From: a virus
Lineage: Duplodnaviria > Heunggongvirae > Uroviricota > Caudoviricetes
Virus record (IMG/VR): IMGVR_UViG_2534681766_000006
DNA: 11,465 nt
Strand: one strand, 5' to 3'
In this document: piece after piece, positions 7,087-11,465 of the stretch
Layout of the letters: each line of letters begins with the position of its first letter
Position numbering within the stretch: the first letter of the stretch is position 1
Program-made: the position numbers and the translations under genes
The notes under the pieces: model-generated
Database searches by the model: none
What the model was told of the DNA's origin: nothing
The model's input: only the letters and a program-made list of their open reading frames with translations

Positions 7087-8017
7087 ATTAACCGGCTATG
7101 TATGGGATGGTTGCGCAGCGTCAGGCATGAAATTATCCAGCGTGGCAATTATGGCCCGCCTGGCTGATTTCAGTAATGACGAAGGTGTGTGCTGGCCATC
7201 GATTGAAACCATTGCCCGCCAGATTGGCGCGGGGATGAGTACCGTCAGAACGGCTATCGCACGGCTGGAAGCAGAAGGCTGGTTAACGCGTAAGGCGCGT
7301 CGCCAGGGTAACCGCAATGCGTCGAATGTTTATCAGCTTAACGTTGCGAAGCTTCAGGCAGCGGCATTTTCTCAAGTGTCAGATTCTGACCCGTCAAAAT
7401 CTGACGCATCAAAATCTGACCCGTCAAAATTTGATGCGTCGAAATCTGGCAAAAAAGCGGGTTTTCACCCGTCAGAATCTGGCGGGGATCCGTCAGTAAA
7501 ATCAAAACATGATCCGTCAGATAAAAAACCTTCTCGTCCGGACTCTTCGCAACCGGACACGCAGACGGCTGAACAGGATTTTTTAACTCGCCATCCTGAT
7601 GCGGTTGTATTCAGCCCTAAAAAGCGCCAGTGGGGGACGCAGGATGATTTGACCTGCGCACAGTGGCTCTGGAAAAAAATCATCGCCCTGTACGAGCATG
7701 CCGCCGAATGTGACGGCGAGGTGGTTCGTCCCAAAGAACCGAACTGGACAGCCTGGGCAAACGAAATTCGCCTGATGTGTGTGCAGGATGGTCGTACTCA
7801 TAAACAAATCTGCGAGATGTACAGCCGCGTCAGTCGCGATCCGTTCTGGTGCCGTAACGTGCTCAGCCCGTCGAAGCTGCGGGAAAAATGGGATGAGCTT
7901 TCCCTGCGCTTATCGCCGTCCGTCAGCACGTACACCGAAAAACGCGAAGACCCGTACTTCAAAGCCAGTTACGACAACGTGGACTACAGCCAGATCCCGG
8001 CAGGATTCAGGGGGTGA
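7076..8017 (+). CDS. Replication initiation protein: O-like N-terminal HTH, iteron-encoded Ser/Asp/Lys linker, DnaT-like C-terminal domain; 313 aa
   Basis: N-terminus has an HTH (TVRTAIARLEAEGWL); the C-terminus ..DYSQIPAGFRG resembles the E. coli DnaT C-terminus (..SEPDSQIPPGFRG, recalled); GAGGT RBS 5 nt upstream. Confidence 0.85.
   Translation: MSTKLTGYVWDGCAASGMKLSSVAIMARLADFSNDEGVCWPSIETIARQIGAGMSTVRTAIARLEAEGWLTRKARRQGNRNASNVYQLNVAKLQAAAFSQVSDSDPSKSDASKSDPSKFDASKSGKKAGFHPSESGGDPSVKSKHDPSDKKPSRPDSSQPDTQTAEQDFLTRHPDAVVFSPKKRQWGTQDDLTCAQWLWKKIIALYEHAAECDGEVVRPKEPNWTAWANEIRLMCVQDGRTHKQICEMYSRVSRDPFWCRNVLSPSKLREKWDELSLRLSPSVSTYTEKREDPYFKASYDNVDYSQIPAGFRG
7383..7520 (+). repeat. Origin-of-replication iterons inside the initiator gene: four 15-16-bp repeats (ATYTGAC[C/G]C[G/A]TCAAA), then CCGTCAG repeats and an A-rich tract
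   Basis: Repeats at 7383-7398, 7399-7413, 7414-7428, 7429-7444; CCGTCAG at 7468-7474, 7490-7496, 7513-7519; AAAAAA at 7450-7456 and 7522-7527; classic lambdoid ori-in-O arrangement. Confidence 0.65.
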
Positions 8018-8019
8018 TC

Positions 8020-8508
8020 ATGAGTCTTTTGAATGACGTTCAGAAATTCATTGAAGCCCATCCGGGGTGTACTTCCGGAGACATTGCGGATGCTTTTGCA
8101 GGTTACTCACGACAGCGCGTTCTGCAGTCAGCAAGCAAGTTACGTCAGAGTGGGCGTGTGGCTCACCGTTGTGAAGGGGATACACGCAGACATTTCCCGC
8201 GGCTGACTGAGATACCGCAGGAGCCGGAACCGCAACCAGTTCGTGAATCCAGACCTGTGCGCAATTTCTATGTCGGCACTAACGATCCCCGGGTGATTTT
8301 GTGCCTGACCCGCCAGGCGGAAGAACTGGAGTCCAGGGGCTTATACCGTCGTGCTGCAACGGTGTGGATGGCGGCATTCCGTGAAAGCCACTCCCAGCAA
8401 GAGCGAAACAATTTTCTTGCGCGTCGTGAGCGGTGTTTACGGAAAAGCAGCAAGCGCGCTGCATCGGGTGAAGAGTGGTATCTGTCAGGGAATTACGTGG
8501 GGGCTTAA
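8020..8508 (+). CDS. PerC-family transcriptional regulator-like protein (N-terminal winged-helix-like region plus PerC-like motif), 162 aa
   Basis: Motif AEELESRGLYRRAATVWMAAF..RNNFLARRERCL resembles the PerC/Pch signature (LE..GLWRRAA..W, recalled); start ATG 8020 with GGGGG SD; stop overlaps the Dam start (TAATG). Confidence 0.6.
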   Translation: MSLLNDVQKFIEAHPGCTSGDIADAFAGYSRQRVLQSASKLRQSGRVAHRCEGDTRRHFPRLTEIPQEPEPQPVRESRPVRNFYVGTNDPRVILCLTRQAEELESRGLYRRAATVWMAAFRESHSQQERNNFLARRERCLRKSSKRAASGEEWYLSGNYVGA

Positions 8509-9161
8509 TGAGTAATAAATATTGCCAGGCGCTGGTGGAGCTGCGGAACAAACCAGCCCATGAACTGAAGGAAGTGGGCGATCAGTGGCGCACGCCGGAC
8601 AACATTTTCTGGGGAATTAACACCCTGTTTGGCCCGTTTGTTCTGGATCTGTTTACTGATGGTGATAACGCCAAATGCGCCGCGTATTACACTGCGGAAG
8701 ACAACGCGCTGGCGCATGACTGGTCAGAACGTCTTGCGGAGCTTAAAGGTGCTGCCTTTGGTAATCCCCCGTACAGCCGCGCCAGTCAGCATGAGGGGCA
8801 ATACATCACCGGCATGCGTTACATCATGAAGCATGCCAGTGCCATGCGTGATAAAGGCGGGCGCTATGTTTTCCTGATCAAAGCTGCCACCAGCGAAGTG
8901 TGGTGGCCGGAAGATGCAGACCATATTGCTTTTATTCGCGGGCGTATTGGTTTTGAACTGCCAGCCTGGTTTATCCCGAAGGACGAGAAGCAGGTGCCGA
9001 CAGGCGCTTTCTTCGCTGGTGCTATTGCTGTTTTCGACAAGACCTGGAAGGGACCGGCAATCAGCTACATCGGGCGCGATGAACTTGAGGCATGTGGTGA
9101 GGCCTTTCTGGCGCAGGTTCGCCAGCAGGCGGAAAAACTGGTCAGGGAGATGGCGGCATGA
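8508..9161 (+). CDS. Phage DNA N6-adenine methyltransferase (Dam-like), 217 aa
   Basis: Motif IV FGNPPY plus surrounding conserved context typical of phage Dam methyltransferases. Confidence 0.88.
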   Translation: MSNKYCQALVELRNKPAHELKEVGDQWRTPDNIFWGINTLFGPFVLDLFTDGDNAKCAAYYTAEDNALAHDWSERLAELKGAAFGNPPYSRASQHEGQYITGMRYIMKHASAMRDKGGRYVFLIKAATSEVWWPEDADHIAFIRGRIGFELPAWFIPKDEKQVPTGAFFAGAIAVFDKTWKGPAISYIGRDELEACGEAFLAQVRQQAEKLVREMAA

Positions 9162-9484
9162 CGACGTTAACTCAATGCCAGCAGCAGGGGCTGGATATGC
9201 TGATTTCTTACCAGCAAGAACGTGGCTTTCCGCCAACCAATCAGGAGGTGGCAACCATGCTGGGATACCGTTCGGTGAATGCAGCGGTGGAGCATCTTCG
9301 CGCACTGGAGAAAAAAGGCGTCATCACGATAAAGCGTGGCGTGGCCCGGGGGATAACTCTTCATACCGCGGTGAAGGACGACGACAGCGAGGCGGTCGGG
9401 ATTATCCGCGCACTGCTTGCCGGTGAGGAAAACGCCAGGCTGCGTGCAGCCCACTGGTTACATGAGAGGGGCCTGAAAGTATGA
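9158..9484 (+). CDS. LexA N-terminal DNA-binding-domain homolog lacking the S24 peptidase domain, 108 aa
   Basis: LTQCQQQGLDMLISYQQERGFPPTNQEVATMLGYRSVNAAVEHLRALEKKGVITI aligns at roughly 40-45% identity by eye with E. coli LexA residues ~4-70; no Ser/Lys catalytic domain; ATGA coupling to Dam. Confidence 0.8.
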   Translation: MTTLTQCQQQGLDMLISYQQERGFPPTNQEVATMLGYRSVNAAVEHLRALEKKGVITIKRGVARGITLHTAVKDDDSEAVGIIRALLAGEENARLRAAHWLHERGLKV

Positions 9485-9777
9485 AGCTGATCTTGCCTTT
9501 CCCTCCCAGCGTGAACACGTACTGGCGACACCCCAACAAAGGGGCGTTTGCTGGTAAGAGTCTGATAAGCGCAGCGGGGCGCAAATTCCAGAGCGCGGCG
9601 TGCGCAGCAATAGTTGAGCAGTTACGTCGTCTGCCGAAACCAACGTCGGCACCTGCTTCAGTGGAGATCGTGTTGTTTCCTCCGGATACCGTGGCATTTG
9701 AAGAGAAGTATGGCTCCCAGCTGGAGCTGATATTTCGTTTTATCGATCGCGCACTGGCGATTGGTGTGCTGGCCTGA
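9481..9777 (+). CDS. RusA-family (Holliday-junction resolvase)-like protein, 98 aa, with divergent or shortened C-terminal half
   Basis: N-terminus [13 protein letters not shown] matches RusA LPWPPS.N.YYRH, and ..VEIVLFPPD matches ..IECHMPD; the Asp-rich catalytic segment (RRRRDLDN.. in RusA, recalled) is not recognisable. Confidence 0.6.
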   Translation: MKLILPFPPSVNTYWRHPNKGAFAGKSLISAAGRKFQSAACAAIVEQLRRLPKPTSAPASVEIVLFPPDTVAFEEKYGSQLELIFRFIDRALAIGVLA

Positions 9778-9794
9778 TTTTGTGGAGAAAGTTA

Positions 9795-10178
9795 ATGCGT
9801 GATATTCAGATGGTTCTTGAACGTTGGGGAGCGTGGGCGGCTAATAATCATGAAGATGTGACCTGGTCGTCCATTGCCGCCGGTTTTAAGGGATTAATTC
9901 CTTCAAAAGTAAAATCTCGCCCGCAATGTTGTGACGATGACGCGATGATCATTTGCGGGTGCATGGCCCGTCTGAAAAAGAACAACAGCGATTTGCACGA
10001 TTTATTAGTAGATTATTATGTAGTCGGTATGACATTCATGTCACTGGCAGGTAAGCATTGCTGCTCTGATGGTTATATCGGGAAAAGGTTACAGAAGGCT
10101 GAGGGCATAATTGAAGGGATGTTAATGGCATTAGATATCCGGTTAGAGATGGATATCGTTGTTAATAACTCTAATTAA
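9795..10178 (+). CDS. Q: Late-gene antiterminator Q (small DLP12 QuuD-like type), 127 aa
   Basis: Start ATG 9795 with GGAG SD (the track's TTG 9780 is rejected); Cys-rich (CCDDD..CGC..CC); position immediately upstream of the nmpC-type porin as in DLP12. Confidence 0.75.
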   Translation: MRDIQMVLERWGAWAANNHEDVTWSSIAAGFKGLIPSKVKSRPQCCDDDAMIICGCMARLKKNNSDLHDLLVDYYVVGMTFMSLAGKHCCSDGYIGKRLQKAEGIIEGMLMALDIRLEMDIVVNNSN

Positions 10179-10198
10179 TATGCCAATTGTTTACTGAA

Positions 10199-10229
10199 AG
10201 TTATTAAAAATGGGGCGTTGCAACGCCCC
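10199..10229 (-). terminator. Rho-independent terminator of the porin transcript
   Basis: Perfect hairpin GGGGCGTTG/CAACGCCCC (10212-10229); minus-strand RNA follows it with AUUUUUAAU; the plus strand has an A-tract instead, so it is minus-specific. Confidence 0.65.
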
Positions 10230-10367
10230 CAAAAATAAAGGGTAATATATAACAGAAGGTTTATATAGTTAGAAGCAAGGTTGTGCTCCTAAAGGAAGTG
10301 GCTTGAGGGAGCCACTTATATGTTGGGGAGGCAACGCCTCCCGCAACATATCTTTTTCGTAATCAGA
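10199..10367 (-). ncRNA. ipeX: IpeX-like 3'-UTR sRNA region of the porin gene (about 168 nt from stop to terminator)
   Basis: Two more hairpins (10296-10317 and 10326-10342) between the stop and the terminator. From my recollection of the published ipeX description, it maps between the nmpC/lc stop and its terminator in DLP12 and PA-2. Confidence 0.4.
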
Positions 10368-11465
10368 TTAGAACTGGTAAACCAGACCTACAGCAACGAT
10401 GTCATCAGTGCTTACACCGAGTGCTTTAGTGAAGTCATTTTTGTCAAGCAGGTTGATTTTGTAATCAACGAAAGTAGACATATTTTTGTTGAAGTAATAG
10501 GTTGCACCTACATCAACATATTTGACTAAGTCCTGATCGCCCCATACTCCAAGATCCTTACCTTTAGATTGCAGGTAAGCAACGGACGGACGCAGACCGA
10601 AATCGAACTGATATTGTGCAACAGCTTCGAAGTTTTGAGCTTTATTAGCAACGAAGTGATCAGCAAATACAGTCATATTCTGGGTTTCAGAATAGGTAGT
10701 GGCCAGGTAAATGTTGTTAGCGTCATATTTCAGACCTGCGGCCCAAACTTCTGCATTTTTACCGGAAGCAAATACTTCAGGAAGAACTTTCCCTGCATTA
10801 ACTTGAGTGTCGGTACGATCAGATTTCGCATAAGTTGCACCGATACCGAATCCTTCGTATTCATAGGTAGCAGAGAAACCGAAGCCATCACCGTTACCTT
10901 CGGTGTAGTTATCGAAATCGCTACGATCGTTTTTGCCTTGGTACTGAGCAGCAAAGTTCAGACCATCAACCAGACCAAAGAAGTCGTTGTTACGATAGGT
11001 TGCAACACCAGTGGTGCGACCAGTCATGAACACATCTGTTTGGGTCCAGGTATCGCCACCGAATTCTGGCAGAACGTCAGTCCACGCACCGATGTCGTAT
11101 GCTACACCGTAGTTACGGCCGTAATCGATTGAGCCGTAGTCACCGAATTTCAGGCCTGCAAATGCAAGACGGGTTTTGTCTTTGGAGGAACCTTGAGATT
11201 CAGCGCGGTTGCCTTTGAATTCATATTCCCACTGACCGAAACCAGTCAGCTGATCGTTGATTTGGGTTTCGCCTTTGAAGCCCAGACGAACATAAGTAGT
11301 ATCACCATCATCTGCATCGTTAGAGGAAAAGTAGTGCTTGGCATTAACTTTCCCGTACAGATCCAGCTTGTTACTGTCTTTATTATAAATTTCAGCTGCC
11401 TGAGCAGACATCGCCATCAGTACTGATGCAGCTACAGCAGAAATTGCCACTGTTAATTTTTTCAT
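10368..11465 (-). CDS. nmpC: Outer-membrane general porin of the OmpC/OmpF family (prophage NmpC/Lc type), 365 aa, complete
   Basis: Signal peptide [38 protein letters not shown] start, C-terminal ..VGLVYQF; start codon at the window end (11463-11465), so the promoter is outside the window. Confidence 0.93.
   Translation of the reverse strand: MKKLTVAISAVAASVLMAMSAQAAEIYNKDSNKLDLYGKVNAKHYFSSNDADDGDTTYVRLGFKGETQINDQLTGFGQWEYEFKGNRAESQGSSKDKTRLAFAGLKFGDYGSIDYGRNYGVAYDIGAWTDVLPEFGGDTWTQTDVFMTGRTTGVATYRNNDFFGLVDGLNFAAQYQGKNDRSDFDNYTEGNGDGFGFSATYEYEGFGIGATYAKSDRTDTQVNAGKVLPEVFASGKNAEVWAAGLKYDANNIYLATTYSETQNMTVFADHFVANKAQNFEAVAQYQFDFGLRPSVAYLQSKGKDLGVWGDQDLVKYVDVGATYYFNKNMSTFVDYKINLLDKNDFTKALGVSTDDIVAVGLVYQF

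Noticed and set aside
7317-7499. Plus ORF (60 aa) reading QNLTRQNLT.. across the iterons, and minus ORFs 7096..7317, 7465..7734, 7583..7807
   Set aside because: Frame artefacts of the iteron repeats and antisense of the initiator gene; the repeats are in frame in the O-like gene, as expected for a lambdoid origin.
8268-9697. Numerous overlapping ORFs on both strands within the PerC-like / Dam / LexA-like / RusA-like block (e.g. 8724..9305, 8914..9426, 9167..9454)
   Set aside because: They are out of frame with, or antisense to, a contiguous chain of translationally coupled genes with recognisable motifs; Arg/Pro-rich compositions.
10179-10230. Late promoter PR' and qut site immediately downstream of Q
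   Set aside because: No convincing -35/-10 pair at proper spacing on the plus strand; the hairpin at 10212-10229 has its U-tract on the minus strand and is better explained as the porin terminator. PR' is probably beyond the porin, outside the window.
10320-11426. Plus-strand ORFs (69, 187 and 77 aa) and minus ORF 10730..10954 within the porin gene
   Set aside because: Antisense or out of frame within a full-length porin CDS with signal peptide and C-terminal Phe.
1-11465. CRISPR arrays, IS elements or transposase genes, tRNA/rRNA genes, LexA SOS boxes (CTGT-N8-ACAG)
   Set aside because: No regularly spaced repeat array, no transposase-like ORF or terminal inverted repeats, no tRNA-like sequence, and no CTGT-N8-ACAG match found on manual scanning.

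Overview
This window is the immunity/early region of a lambdoid (P22-like integrase) prophage, complete from the int stop codon to the porin start codon. Left to right: int and xis (minus strand), then a translationally coupled early-left operon resembling the E. coli CPS-53 yfdT/yfdS/yfdR/yfdQ/yfdP cluster (assigned by size, order and the HD motif; the yfdR-like gene is split by a 1-nt frame change). Next come a ~450-bp GC-rich, ORF-poor, inverted-repeat-rich region, a low-GC plus-strand moron encoding a coiled-coil/C4 zinc-ribbon protein with its own terminator, and OL/PL. These are followed by a LexA/S24-type CI repressor, OR with divergent PRM/PR, cro, a cII-position gene, a possibly frameshifted small gene, and an O-like replication initiator with in-gene iterons and a DnaT-like C-terminus. 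The right end carries a PerC-like regulator, a Dam-type N6-adenine methyltransferase, a LexA DNA-binding-domain-only homolog, a RusA-like ORF, a Q antiterminator, and a convergent NmpC/Lc-type porin with a structured IpeX-like 3' UTR. No tRNA, rRNA, CRISPR array or IS element was seen. The best candidates for something undescribed are the convergent zinc-ribbon moron together with the structured GC-rich region in the position where N and nutL would be, and the LexA-DBD-only protein. All calls come from reading the sequence and ORF track by eye; no database search or folding was run.
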